64,000 nucleotides of DNA, from NCBI GenBank assembly GCA_021816765.1, contig JAKAXB010000001.1:99692-163691 (forward strand), written 5' to 3'. Position 1 is the stretch's first letter. Each line of letters begins with the position of its first letter. Origin of the DNA: Natronospirales bacterium (GTDB lineage Bacteria; Pseudomonadota; Gammaproteobacteria; Natronospirales; REEB76). The notes beneath the pieces were generated by a model, which did not search any database, was not told the DNA's origin, and was given only the letters and a program-made list of their open reading frames with translations. Both the position numbers and the translations under genes were made by a program. Positions 26,695 to 36,599 of this stretch are shown piece after piece.

Positions 26695-29082
26695 ATGCAA
26701 CGCATCGTCATCAGTCTGGGAGTCGGACTCGTCGTCCTGGTACTGCTGGCCGCCATCGTGGGCTTCCTGTTCCTGCGCGGCAGCGCGCCCCAGTTGGACG
26801 GTACGGTGAAACTGGCGGGGCTCACGGCGCCGGTCACGGTAACCCGCGACCGCCTCGGTGTGCCCACCATCACGGCGTCTGATCGCCTCGATGTCGCGCG
26901 CGCCCTCGGTTTTCTGCATGCCCAGGACCGGTTCTTCCAGATGGACCTGATGCGCCGCCTGGCGGCGGGGGACCTGTCCGCCCTGGTGGGCCCGGCGGCC
27001 CTGAAGGTGGATGAAGCCCATCGCCTGTTCCGCCTGCGCGTCGTGGCGCGCGAGGTGCTGGCTGAGATTCCCCGCAAACAGCGCGAATTGCTGGATGCCT
27101 ACGCGGCGGGTGTGAATGCCGGCCTGCGCGCCCTCAAGACCCGGCCCTTCGAGTACGGCATCCTCATGCAACGCCCGCGGCCGTGGCGCCCCGAGGACTC
27201 GGTGCTGGTCATCTTCGCCATGTATTTCACTCTGCAGAATGCCAGCGACAGCCGCGAATCGGACCTGGCGCTGATGCGCGCTACGCTGCCGGCGGCACTG
27301 TTCAATTTCCTGAATGCGCCGGGCAGCCGCTGGGATGCGCCGCTCGCCGGCAAGCCATTCAAGACTCCACCCATTCCCGGCGGCAACGTCGTGGATATCC
27401 GCAACTGGCCGGCGGCGGATTTCGCCCGTTCGGACAGTGACCCACCGCTGTCGCAGCCGGTACTCGGCAGCAACGGTTTCGCGGTGGATGCGGGCCACAG
27501 TGCCGACGGTCACGCCCTCCTCGCCAACGACATGCATCTCGGTCTTTCGGTGCCGAACATCTGGTACCGGGCGCAGTTCGTTTATCCCGATCCCGCGCGG
27601 TCAAACCATCATCTTGTGGTTACGGGCGTCACCCTGCCCGGCGTGCCGGTGATGGTGGTGGGCGACAACCGGCACATCGCCTGGGGATTCACCAACAGCT
27701 ACGGCGACTGGGTGGACTTGGTAATGTTGCATGTCAAACCCGATGATCCCGGCTATTACCTCACCGCCGCCGGCTGGCGTGCCTTCACCTACCATAGGGA
27801 AATCATCCGCGTGAAGGGTCACAAGGCTGCGGTGCTGGAGGTGCGCGATACCATCTGGGGTCCGGTGGTGGGTAACGGTTACAACGGTGTATTGCGCGTG
27901 GTGCACTGGATTGCGGCTGACCCGGCGGCCACCAATGCGGAGCTGGACAATCTGGCGACGGCGCAAAACGTGCGCCAGGCCATGGCGGTGGCGAACCGCA
28001 CCGGCATACCGGCGCAGAATTTCGTGGTGGCGGACAGCGCCGGCAACATCGGCTGGACTCTCGCCGGCAGGATTCCGCTCCGCGCGGGCTACAATCCCGA
28101 ATTCCCCGCGTACTGGGATAAGCCGAACACGGGCTGGGTCGGCTGGCTGCCGCCGGACCGATACCCGCGCATCGTCAATCCACCGGACGGACGCATCTGG
28201 ACCGCCAACAACCGCGTGGTGGACGGCGCCATGCTGCGGGAAATCGGCGACGGCGGTTATGACCTCGGCGCCCGCGCGCGGCAGATCCGCGATGATCTGA
28301 TGGCCGAAGATAAATTCACGCCCGCGGACATGCTCGCGGTCGAACTGGATGACCGTGCGGTATTCCTGGGCCGCTGGCGCGCACTGCTGTTGCGTCTGCT
28401 CACGCCGCAGGATGTGGCCGCGCATCCGCGCCGCGCCCGGTTCCGCCATGAGGTGAAAAACTGGGGCGGCAGGGCCTCCATCCATTCCGTGGGCTACCGG
28501 CTGGTGCGGGATTTCCGCCGGCGGGTGGATGCGGTGGTCTTCGGCGCCCTGACGGCGCCGTGCCGGAAAGCGGATCCCGGCTTTCACTACAGCGTGCTCA
28601 CGCAACGCGAGGGGCCGCTGTGGAAAATGGTGACGCAGCAGCCGCCGAACCTGCTGGATCCGGAATACAAGAGCTGGAACGCACTGCTGCTCGCCGCCGT
28701 GGACCGGGTCATCGCCCGGTTGTGGCTGCCGGGGACCGGGCTCGCCACGCGCACCTGGGGCCAGCACAACACGGTGCGCATCCGGCAGCCTTTGAGCCGC
28801 GCCCTGCCGTTCCTGAGCCGCTGGCTCGACATGGCGCCGGTGGAATTGCCGGGCGACAGCAACATGCCGCGCGTGCAGGGTGTGCATTTCGGCGCGTCGG
28901 AGCGCATGGATGTGGAACCCGGCCACGAACAGAATGGAATTTTCGAGATGCCCACGGGTCAAAGCGGCTATCCGTTGTCGCCGTTCTACCGTAACAGCGA
29001 GCCGGCCTGGGAGCAGGGCGCCGCCACGCCCTTCCTGCCCGGGCCGCCGGAATATACGCTCAGGTTTCAACCGGCGGGTTGA
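26695..29082 (+). CDS. penicillin/AHL acylase family protein (Ntn hydrolase, S45)
   Basis: 795 aa; N-terminal TM anchor; Ntn nucleophile context GSNGFAV; LANDMHL; good RBS (ggggga) upstream of the ATG. Confidence 0.9.
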   Translation: MQRIVISLGVGLVVLVLLAAIVGFLFLRGSAPQLDGTVKLAGLTAPVTVTRDRLGVPTITASDRLDVARALGFLHAQDRFFQMDLMRRLAAGDLSALVGPAALKVDEAHRLFRLRVVAREVLAEIPRKQRELLDAYAAGVNAGLRALKTRPFEYGILMQRPRPWRPEDSVLVIFAMYFTLQNASDSRESDLALMRATLPAALFNFLNAPGSRWDAPLAGKPFKTPPIPGGNVVDIRNWPAADFARSDSDPPLSQPVLGSNGFAVDAGHSADGHALLANDMHLGLSVPNIWYRAQFVYPDPARSNHHLVVTGVTLPGVPVMVVGDNRHIAWGFTNSYGDWVDLVMLHVKPDDPGYYLTAAGWRAFTYHREIIRVKGHKAAVLEVRDTIWGPVVGNGYNGVLRVVHWIAADPAATNAELDNLATAQNVRQAMAVANRTGIPAQNFVVADSAGNIGWTLAGRIPLRAGYNPEFPAYWDKPNTGWVGWLPPDRYPRIVNPPDGRIWTANNRVVDGAMLREIGDGGYDLGARARQIRDDLMAEDKFTPADMLAVELDDRAVFLGRWRALLLRLLTPQDVAAHPRRARFRHEVKNWGGRASIHSVGYRLVRDFRRRVDAVVFGALTAPCRKADPGFHYSVLTQREGPLWKMVTQQPPNLLDPEYKSWNALLLAAVDRVIARLWLPGTGLATRTWGQHNTVRIRQPLSRALPFLSRWLDMAPVELPGDSNMPRVQGVHFGASERMDVEPGHEQNGIFEMPTGQSGYPLSPFYRNSEPAWEQGAATPFLPGPPEYTLRFQPAG

Positions 29083-29927
29083 GGCGGCGGTGGCGCCGCG
29101 GAGGAGGGCGCACGCTCCGCAGCAGGGCGCTGTTCCAGCCAGTCAATGAGCGCCTGCCAATCCCGCACGTCGTCACGCGCGGCGCGCGCGTCCAGTTCAT
29201 GAATGCCCATACCGGCGGCGGACGCGCGCACGTAATTCTGGGTGTCGCGCAGACTGGTCACGAAGGGGATGCCCAGGCTGTGCAGGAAGCGCTGCAGTTT
29301 TGCGTAAATCAGCGTGTTTTTCTTCACGCGATTGGCGATGACCGCGACGCGTTCCGTGCGCCGTTCCATGCGGCCCACCAGCAGCAAATCGGCGATGCAG
29401 CGGGAGACGGCGTGGATATCTATCTCCGACGGCAGCACCGGGATAAGGATGGCGTCGGCGTTGCGGGTCAACTCCTGCAGACGCGGCGGATCCAGGGCCG
29501 CGGCCGTATCCACGATGAGCCGTTCGGTATCGGGCGGCACACGCAACTGGAAACTGCGGGTCACGCGGCTGCTGCGCTCGTTGCCGGCGATACCCGCCAC
29601 CGTTGCGCGCTGTGCATTGCGGTGCGCCAGCCAGTGCAGGCTGGAACCCTGCGGATCCGTGTCCAGCAGCGCGGTGTGATAACCGTGACAGGCATAATAG
29701 CCGGCGAGATTGGTGGCGAGGGTGGTCTTGCCGCAGCCGCCCTTGGTGTTGAGCACCACGATGCGCAGCAGCGGGCGCAGGACGGCGGGCAGTTGTGCCC
29801 CCCCCTCCGGCCTTGCGGCTGGATGCGTCGCGGATTTGGGGCGCCACAGGTTCAGGTTTAGCATGGCGTGGTGAATCGAGCGGGCCTGTCCGGCCTGCCC
29901 GCTGGCCCAATCAAGCAATTTCTTCAA
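29067..29927 (-). CDS. ParA/MinD-family ATPase with N-terminal extension
   Basis: Deviant Walker A NTKGGCGKTTLATNLA, LLDTDPQGS, IVDTAA. The start is uncertain (29927 or 29864). Confidence 0.8.
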   Translation of the reverse strand: MKKLLDWASGQAGQARSIHHAMLNLNLWRPKSATHPAARPEGGAQLPAVLRPLLRIVVLNTKGGCGKTTLATNLAGYYACHGYHTALLDTDPQGSSLHWLAHRNAQRATVAGIAGNERSSRVTRSFQLRVPPDTERLIVDTAAALDPPRLQELTRNADAILIPVLPSEIDIHAVSRCIADLLLVGRMERRTERVAVIANRVKKNTLIYAKLQRFLHSLGIPFVTSLRDTQNYVRASAAGMGIHELDARAARDDVRDWQALIDWLEQRPAAERAPSSAAPPPPQPAG

Positions 29928-30024
29928 TACCCAGAGCTACGACCTTGAATATACATGATTTGAGTATTTCATACGCGGCCGTCCAGCGGCGCGGCCGGCA
30001 TGGACGGGAACAGGCCGGTCGCGC

Positions 30025-31215
30025 ATGATGGATCCGCCCGCAGCGCGAGTGAAAGTGGGCCTGGTGCTGCCGGGCGGCGGCGCGCGCGCCGCCTATCAGG
30101 CGGGCGTGCTCAAGGCCATCGCAGAACTGCTGCCCGCTGGGCACCGCAATCCGTTTCCGATCATCTCCGGCACCTCCGCTGGCGCCATCAATGCAGCGTT
30201 CATCGCCGGCAACGCGCTGCAGTTTCATGAGGGGGCCGAGCACCTCGCCGCGGTGTGGGCCAACATCCGCAGCGACCGCGTGTTCCGGTCGGATACGCTC
30301 AGCGTGCTCAAGACCGGCCTGCACTGGCTGCTGACCCTGCTGTCCGCCGGCCTGGACCGCCACAATCCCCTCTCGCTGCTGGACAACAGCCCGCTGCGCC
30401 GGCTGTTGGAACAGCACATCGTGTTCGAGCGCCTGCAGCAGGCCATAGACGCGGGCGCGCTGGATGCGCTCGCCATCACCTGCTCCGGCTATACATCGGC
30501 GCGCGCCATTTGCTTCTACCAGGGCAGGCCCGGACTCAAGCCCTGGCACCGCACGCGCCGTCTCGGCCAGCCGGCGCAGATTCGTCTCGACCACATCATG
30601 GCTTCGACGGCCTTGCCGATGATTTTTCCGGCGACGCGCCTCGGCCGCGAATATTTCGGTGACGGCTCGTTGCGTCAGGCGGCGCCGCTCAGCCCCGTCG
30701 TCCACCTCGGCGCGGAGCGCGCGCTGGTGATCGGCGTGCGCAATGAACAGGCCAACAAACTGCCGGCGCCGGGCGAAGCGGTGCCGTATCCCTCCCTCGG
30801 GCAGATCGCGGGCTACCTGCTCGACGTGGTGTTCAGTGACAGCATCTATGCGGATCTGGAACGCCTGCAACGCATCAACGACACCATCAGCCATTTGTCC
30901 CGGCGCGAGCTGGAGGAACAGCCCCTCAAAACCATTGCAGCCATGGTGATCGTACCGAGCGAGGACATCCGCGAAATCGCCCAGCGTCACAAGCGGGATT
31001 TCCCCCGCAGCGTGCGCGTGCTGCTGCGCGGCGTGGGCGGGCTGCACCAGAGCGGCAGCCAGTTGCTCAGCTATCTTTTATTCGAGAGCGGCTATTGCCG
31101 CGAGCTGCTCGAGCTGGGACGCAAGGACGCGCTGACGCAGGCCGACAAACTGCTGGCATTCCTCGGTGCGGAATCCGCCGCAGGCGGCGATACCCGGTAC
31201 CCGGATCATGTTTGA
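30025..31215 (+). CDS. patatin-like phospholipase
   Basis: GGGARAAYQAG oxyanion motif, GTSAGA (GxSxG) and a DGS catalytic Asp region. Confidence 0.9.
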   Translation: MMDPPAARVKVGLVLPGGGARAAYQAGVLKAIAELLPAGHRNPFPIISGTSAGAINAAFIAGNALQFHEGAEHLAAVWANIRSDRVFRSDTLSVLKTGLHWLLTLLSAGLDRHNPLSLLDNSPLRRLLEQHIVFERLQQAIDAGALDALAITCSGYTSARAICFYQGRPGLKPWHRTRRLGQPAQIRLDHIMASTALPMIFPATRLGREYFGDGSLRQAAPLSPVVHLGAERALVIGVRNEQANKLPAPGEAVPYPSLGQIAGYLLDVVFSDSIYADLERLQRINDTISHLSRRELEEQPLKTIAAMVIVPSEDIREIAQRHKRDFPRSVRVLLRGVGGLHQSGSQLLSYLLFESGYCRELLELGRKDALTQADKLLAFLGAESAAGGDTRYPDHV

Positions 31216-31705
31216 TTCCATTCTCGTCGTCTGCACCGGAAACATCTGCCGCAGCCCCATGGCCGCCGGCCTGTTGCGCCACGCCGTGGGTGCAGGTGAC
31301 GGAGCGCCCCGCGTGGATTCCGCGGGGCTCGCCGCCATGACAGGCGAGCCCGCGGACCCGCTTGCGGTCCGGCTGCTCGCCGGACGCGGCGTGGATATCC
31401 GCGCGCACCGTGCCATGCAGGTGACGGATGCGCTGCTGCGCCGCTCCGCCCTCATCCTGGTGATGGAGCGCGTGCAGCAGGAATCCATCGAGAACCGCTG
31501 GCCGATGCTGCACGGCCGCGTGTATCGCTGGGGGCATTGGCAGGATTTCGATGTGCAGGATCCCTTCGGCCGCGGCGAGCAGGCATTTCACGCCGCGCTC
31601 GCGCTGATTGAGCGCGCATTGCCGGACTGGCGGCAGCGTTTGCAGGCGCGGCGCGCAGGCACGCGCATTGATCCGTCAAGTCAGGGAGTCCGCTCCGGTG
31701 GATGA
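31208..31705 (+). CDS. low-molecular-weight protein-tyrosine phosphatase (Wzb-like)
   Basis: P-loop CTGNICRSPMA and DPFG loop. 8-nt overlap with the patatin gene. The last approx 17 codons look like read-through into the downstream gene remnant. Confidence 0.85.
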   Translation: MFDSILVVCTGNICRSPMAAGLLRHAVGAGDGAPRVDSAGLAAMTGEPADPLAVRLLAGRGVDIRAHRAMQVTDALLRRSALILVMERVQQESIENRWPMLHGRVYRWGHWQDFDVQDPFGRGEQAFHAALALIERALPDWRQRLQARRAGTRIDPSSQGVRSGG

Positions 31706-32485
31706 GGTGTGGATCGCCCTGCCGCTGGAGCAGAGCCGGAAACCGCGGGAGGTGCTCGGGCAGTTGCGGGACGTGCCGGCGAACGTGCGCTATGCGCCGG
31801 ATCTTCGGGACCTGTTCCTGTTGAACCACGGGGTGACGGAGATTCTCGACTTGCCCATGATTGATCTGATGACCAGCCCCATGCAGGGCACGGACAGCTT
31901 GCTGAAAGCCTTCGAAGATCGCATGCTGGCGTCGGTAATTCTTGTGCTCATCAGCCCCCTGATGGTTTTGATCGCCCTTTGCGTGAAACTGAGTTCGCCG
32001 GGACCGGTGTGGTATCGCCAGCGGCGGCACGGCTGGGACGGGCACGAGATCGTCGTTTACAAGTTTCGCACCATGCGGCTGCCTCATGAGAAGCCGGGCC
32101 GGGTAACCCAGGCCTCCCCGCAGGATCAGCGCCTGACTTCCCTGGGTGCGTTTCTGCGGCGCACCAGCCTGGATGAGTTGCCGCAGTTCATCTAATGTGC
32201 TGCAGGGGCGTATGTCCATCGTCGGGCCGCGCCCGCATGCGGTGGAGCACAACGCCGAGTACAGAAAGATCATAGACCGGTATATGCTGCGCCACATCGT
32301 CAAGCCCGGCATCACCGGCTGGGCCCAGGTCAACGGTTTGCGCGGCATGACCGATACCCCGGACAAGATGCGGCATCGCGTGGAGTACGATCTGTACTAT
32401 TATTGACCATTGGTCCCTCTGGTTCGACATCAAGATCATCTTCCTGACTTTGTTCCGGGGATTCGTCAACAAGAATGCGTATTGA
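31665..32485 (+). pseudogene. undecaprenyl-phosphate sugar phosphotransferase (WbaP/WcaJ/EpsB type), N-terminally truncated with two +1 frameshifts
   Basis: Homology runs through three frames: VDEVWIALP...KFRTM...DELPQFI (stop 32193-32195), then NVLQGRMSIVGPRP...YDLYY (stop 32404-32406), then [21 protein letters not shown] to 32485. The N-terminal TM region is absent. Confidence 0.75.
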
Positions 32486-32499
32486 GAGTCGGAGGGGGA

Positions 32500-33930
32500 A
32501 TGTCGTCAGCCGTTGATGCAATTGTGCCGGTGATTCTCTGCGGGGGCTCGGGTACCCGGCTCTGGCCGCTGTCGCGCCGGGAGCATCCCAAGCAATTTCT
32601 GCGGCTGCTCGGCGAACGCTCCCTGTTGCAGGAAACCCTGCTGCGGGCGCAGATGCCGGCGCCCGGGCACGCGCCGCTGATCGTGTGCAACGAAGCCCAC
32701 CGTTTTCTGGTGCGTGCCCAACTGGCGGAACTGGGCCTCGAAGCCGCCACGCTGCTGCTGGAGCCCGCCGGCCGGAATACGGCACCGGCGCTGGCGGCGG
32801 CGGCGCTGTATGCGCGGAGCCGGGAGCCCGCAGCACTTTTGCTTGCATTGCCCGCGGATCATCACCTCAAGGACACGCCGCATTTCACGGCCGCGGTCCG
32901 GCGGGGAGTCGCCGCGGCGCGTGCCGGCGCCATCGTGGTGTTCGGCGTGCGTCCCACGGAACCGCACACGGGATACGGCTATATCCGTACCGACGGCACG
33001 GCCGGCCGCGATGGCGTGTGCGGCGTGGCGGAGTTCCGCGAAAAACCGGACGCGGCGACCGCCGCCCGCTACCTCGAGAGCGGCGCATATTTCTGGAACA
33101 GTGGCATGTTCCTGCTGCGGGCGGAGGTGTATCTGGCGGAACTCGGCCGGCACGCGCCCGATATTCTGGACGCGGCCACGGCGGCGCTGGCCGGGGCGCG
33201 GAGCGATGGATCGTTCCTGCGGCTGGAACCCGCGGCCTTTCGCGCCTGCCGCAGCGAATCCATTGACTACGCGGTGATGGAACACACGCGTTCCGCACGC
33301 ATGGTGGAATTGGATACGCCCTGGAGTGACCTCGGCTCCTTTGCCAGCCTGTTTGCGGCGGGTGCGGGGAGTGATGGCGGCAATGTGGCGGTGGGCGATG
33401 TGCGGCTTATGGATGTGTCGGGGTCGTACGTACATGCGAGTGGACGGTTGGTGGCGGCCATCGGCTTGCGCGACACTGTGGTGGTGGAAACCCCGGATGC
33501 GGTGCTAGTGGCGCCGCGCGAACGCGCGGAAGAAGTCAAAGCCTTGACGGCAATGCTGGAGCAGGAAAAGCGCAGCGAGGCGACCACGCCGGCACGCGTG
33601 CACCGGCCCTGGGGCTGGTATGAGTGTCTTGCCAGGGGCGAGCGCATGCAGGTGAAGCGCATCCGGTTGAACCCGGGGGCCAGCCTGTCGCTGCAACTGC
33701 ATCATCACCGCGCCGAGCATTGGGTGGTGGTGCAGGGCGAGGCGCAGGTGATCCGCGGCGAGGACCATCTGACCCTCAGGGAAAACCAATCTACGTTTAT
33801 TCCCGTCAACACCCGGCACCGGCTCTTCAATCCGGGTCCGCTGCCGCTGGAGATCATCGAAGTGCAGAGCGGTGAGTATCTGGGGGAGGACGACATCGTG
33901 CGCTTCGATGACGAATACGGACGCGTTTGA
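32500..33930 (+). CDS. manC: mannose-1-phosphate guanylyltransferase / mannose-6-phosphate isomerase
   Basis: ILCGGSGTRLWPLSR at the N-terminus; C-terminal cupin LQLHHHRAEHWVVVQGEA. Start trimmed to ATG 32500. Confidence 0.9.
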   Translation: MSSAVDAIVPVILCGGSGTRLWPLSRREHPKQFLRLLGERSLLQETLLRAQMPAPGHAPLIVCNEAHRFLVRAQLAELGLEAATLLLEPAGRNTAPALAAAALYARSREPAALLLALPADHHLKDTPHFTAAVRRGVAAARAGAIVVFGVRPTEPHTGYGYIRTDGTAGRDGVCGVAEFREKPDAATAARYLESGAYFWNSGMFLLRAEVYLAELGRHAPDILDAATAALAGARSDGSFLRLEPAAFRACRSESIDYAVMEHTRSARMVELDTPWSDLGSFASLFAAGAGSDGGNVAVGDVRLMDVSGSYVHASGRLVAAIGLRDTVVVETPDAVLVAPRERAEEVKALTAMLEQEKRSEATTPARVHRPWGWYECLARGERMQVKRIRLNPGASLSLQLHHHRAEHWVVVQGEAQVIRGEDHLTLRENQSTFIPVNTRHRLFNPGPLPLEIIEVQSGEYLGEDDIVRFDDEYGRV

Positions 33931-34482
33931 ATCACCTGGATGGCTGGGAAGCCCTGGTTTATCCCTGCGGTTTCCCCGAAACCGGGAGACGGCGATCGGA
34001 TCCCGGCCTTCACTGGAAACTGCTCCCGCCGTTTGCCGTGATTTCCGGTGGCGTGCATCCGGTCGGGACGATGCACCATCCATGCGGACCAAGAGCGCGG
34101 GTGGCTTGGCAAGCTGCTGACAGGATTGGCGGTGGAGCGCTGCTGGCACGTTCCGGAAGCAATCGCTGCCCGGACCCGATTGTGGACGCGAAAGATGCAA
34201 AGCCCCAGCGTCCTGCGCACAATATGCGGTCACCTCTGCGTGGACCAGCCGGGGGCGCGGGCATCTCTTTATCGGGGACGGCAGAAACCCCCGCCCGCAG
34301 GCGAGACACGCGCGGCGGTGTGCGGGGGGGTCAGCGGGCCTCGCGGCCGGTGGTGCCGGGCCCGGGGGCGTACGAAACCGCTGATATTCCAGATACCATA
34401 ACCGCTGCCAGGCATGTGCTTCAGGGTCAGGCCGGTCACAAGCCGCGCCACACAGCCGTTACGGCAGTCAGCATTTGCGTAA

Positions 34483-35415
34483 ATGAAAAAGGTTCTGGTC
34501 ATACAGTATTCCCAAAGCGGGCAGCTCAGCGAGGTGCTGCGGCATTTCTGCGCGCCGCTGGTTGACTCCGGCCGGATCGAACTGCGCGTGGAAACCCTGC
34601 GTCCCAAGCAGGCGTATCCGTTCCCCTGGCCGTTCTTGCGTTTTTTTGACACTTTTCCGGAAGCGGTCTATCTGGACGCGCCGGAGCTGGAGCCCCTTTC
34701 CCTCCCACTCGGTGAGCGTTTTGACCTGGTGATTCTGGGCTATCAGGTGTGGTTCCTGTCCCCCTCACTGCCCGTCACCGCGTTCCTGAAAAGTGCGGCG
34801 GCGCGCGCGCTGTTGCAGGACACGCCGGTGGTGACCGTCATCGCCTGCCGCGATATGTGGCTCATGGCCCAGGAGCAGGTGAAGCGCCTGCTCGCCGCTT
34901 GCGGCGCGCGGCTGGTGGGCAATGTCGCGCTGGTGGACGAAGCCGGCAGCGTGGGCAGTTTTCTCGCCACGCCCATCTGGATGCTGACCGGCAGGAAAGG
35001 CCCGCTGCTGGGCGGGTGGATTCCCCGCGCCGGCGTCAAGCCGGAGCAGATTTCAGGCTGCCGGCGTTTCGGGGAGCGCATCGAGCGCGTGCTGAACGAG
35101 GCGCACCCGCTCGACACGACCCTGCTGCGCCACCTCGGTGCGGTGAAGGTGAATACGCGCCTGATTGCCACCGAACGCGCGGCCCGGCGCAGCTTCCTTG
35201 TCTGGGGGGCGCTGCTGCGCGCCCTGGGCCGCCAGGGCGCCTGGACCCGCCGCCCCGTGGTCGCCGTCTATTTTGTGTTTCTCGTCGCGCTGCTGGTCAC
35301 GGTGCTGCCCTTGAGCGCCCTGCTCAAGACGCTGACGGCGCCCCTGCTGCGCAAACGCATCGCCGCCCAGACGGCTTATTTCAGCGCACCCTCGGGTGAC
35401 TCAATCGGAATGTGA
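34483..35415 (+). CDS. darA: DarA-like protein (dialkylresorcinol condensing enzyme family)
   Basis: 310 aa. The N-terminus MKKVLVIQYSQSGQLSEVL and the overall size and layout match my recollection of the DarA family. It sits immediately upstream of, and overlaps, a KAS III-like gene as in dar loci. Confidence 0.6.
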   Translation: MKKVLVIQYSQSGQLSEVLRHFCAPLVDSGRIELRVETLRPKQAYPFPWPFLRFFDTFPEAVYLDAPELEPLSLPLGERFDLVILGYQVWFLSPSLPVTAFLKSAAARALLQDTPVVTVIACRDMWLMAQEQVKRLLAACGARLVGNVALVDEAGSVGSFLATPIWMLTGRKGPLLGGWIPRAGVKPEQISGCRRFGERIERVLNEAHPLDTTLLRHLGAVKVNTRLIATERAARRSFLVWGALLRALGRQGAWTRRPVVAVYFVFLVALLVTVLPLSALLKTLTAPLLRKRIAAQTAYFSAPSGDSIGM

Positions 35416-36599
35416 CCGTGACAGGCAAGGCATACATTACCAATCTTTCCGCATTCCTGCCCAATGCTCCCGTCAGCAACGAGGCGATGGAATCGGTGCT
35501 GGGCATGATCAACGGCCGTCCGTCGCGCGCGCGGCGCATCATTCTGCGCTCCAACGGCATCCAGACACGCTACTACGCCATGGATCCCGTCACGGGCAAA
35601 GCCACCCACAGCAACGCGCAACTGACTGCCGCCGCGATACGCGGGCTGGCGCGCGCGGATTTCAGGCTGGAGCAAATTGATCTGCTCGCCTGCGGAACCA
35701 CCTTTGCCGATCAACTGGTGCCCAGCCACACCAGCATGGTGCATGGTGAACTCGGCATTCCGCCCTGCGAAACCGTGGCCACTTCGGGTGTGTGCATCAG
35801 CAGTACCACGGCGCTCAAATATGCCATGCTCGGCGTGGCCGGCGGGGAGTTCCGGCATGCGGTGAGTGCCGGCTCGGAGATGCCTTCGGCGGTGATGCAT
35901 GCCAGGAATTTCCGGGCCGAGAGCGATGCGCAGATCGAGGCGCTGGAAAAACAGGCGGTGACGGCGTTTCAGAAGGACTTCATACGCTGGATGCTGTCCG
36001 ACGGTGCGGGTGCCGCGCTGATTGAACCGCAGCCCGCCGCCGCGGGTTTGTCGCTGCGCATTGACTGGATCGTGGAGCGCTCCTATGCCAACGAACAACC
36101 GGCCTGCATGTATGGTGGCGCGGAAAAACTGGAGGACGGAAGACTGAAAGGCTGGCCGGAGTACGACCCCTCGGAATGGGCGGAGCGTTCCATATTCACG
36201 CTCAAGCAGGATGTGAAGCAGCTCAACGAGCACATCATGGCCTACACCGTCGAGCGGCCGCTGCGGGAAATACCGCAACTGCGGAGCCTGCGGCCCGGCG
36301 ACGTTGATTTCTTCCTGCCGCATTATTCTTCGCATTATTTTCGCGAGAAAGTCCACGCGCACATGTGCAAAGCCGGTTTCGATGTTCCGTTCGAACGCTG
36401 GTTCACCAACCTGTATTCCAAGGGCAATATCGGCGCGGCTTCCATTTATGTCCTGCTTGAGGAGCTGTTCCATTCCGGCCGCTTGCAACCGGGTCACCGC
36501 CTGTTGTGCTACATCCCGGAGAGCGGCCGTTTCAGCACGGCCTGGATGTACCTCCGCGTCTGCGGTGCGGATGGAAAGACCCCGTCTTCACGCCGATGA
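35412..36599 (+). CDS. darB: KAS III-like ketosynthase (DarB-like)
   Basis: 395 aa. Cys/His/Asn triad candidates in SGVCISS, LPHYSSH and KGNIGAASI. GTGA overlap with the upstream gene. Confidence 0.7.
   Translation: MTVTGKAYITNLSAFLPNAPVSNEAMESVLGMINGRPSRARRIILRSNGIQTRYYAMDPVTGKATHSNAQLTAAAIRGLARADFRLEQIDLLACGTTFADQLVPSHTSMVHGELGIPPCETVATSGVCISSTTALKYAMLGVAGGEFRHAVSAGSEMPSAVMHARNFRAESDAQIEALEKQAVTAFQKDFIRWMLSDGAGAALIEPQPAAAGLSLRIDWIVERSYANEQPACMYGGAEKLEDGRLKGWPEYDPSEWAERSIFTLKQDVKQLNEHIMAYTVERPLREIPQLRSLRPGDVDFFLPHYSSHYFREKVHAHMCKAGFDVPFERWFTNLYSKGNIGAASIYVLLEELFHSGRLQPGHRLLCYIPESGRFSTAWMYLRVCGADGKTPSSRR

Noticed and set aside
26405-26809. 134-aa ORF encoding an acidic DEDEDEDK... tract across the hexanucleotide repeat
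   Set aside because: It overlaps the well-supported acylase start (good RBS, TM anchor) by 115 nt out of frame, and its flanks have no protein-like features. I treat it as a DNA repeat; translation cannot be excluded without data.
34140-34480. Sigma-54-like TGGCAC (about 34145) and GG...TTGC (about 34462) strings upstream of the dar-like operon
   Set aside because: The spacing does not fit GG-N10-GC: no TTGC follows the first at the right distance, there are 12 nt between elements in the second, and the second lies only about 6 nt from the ATG.
33505-34565. ORFs 33505-34233 (-) and 33927-34565 (+) spanning the manC / darA-like gap
   Set aside because: One is antisense to manC for half its length, and the other runs into the DarA-like gene out of frame. 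Both are Arg/Gly/Pro-rich without motifs.
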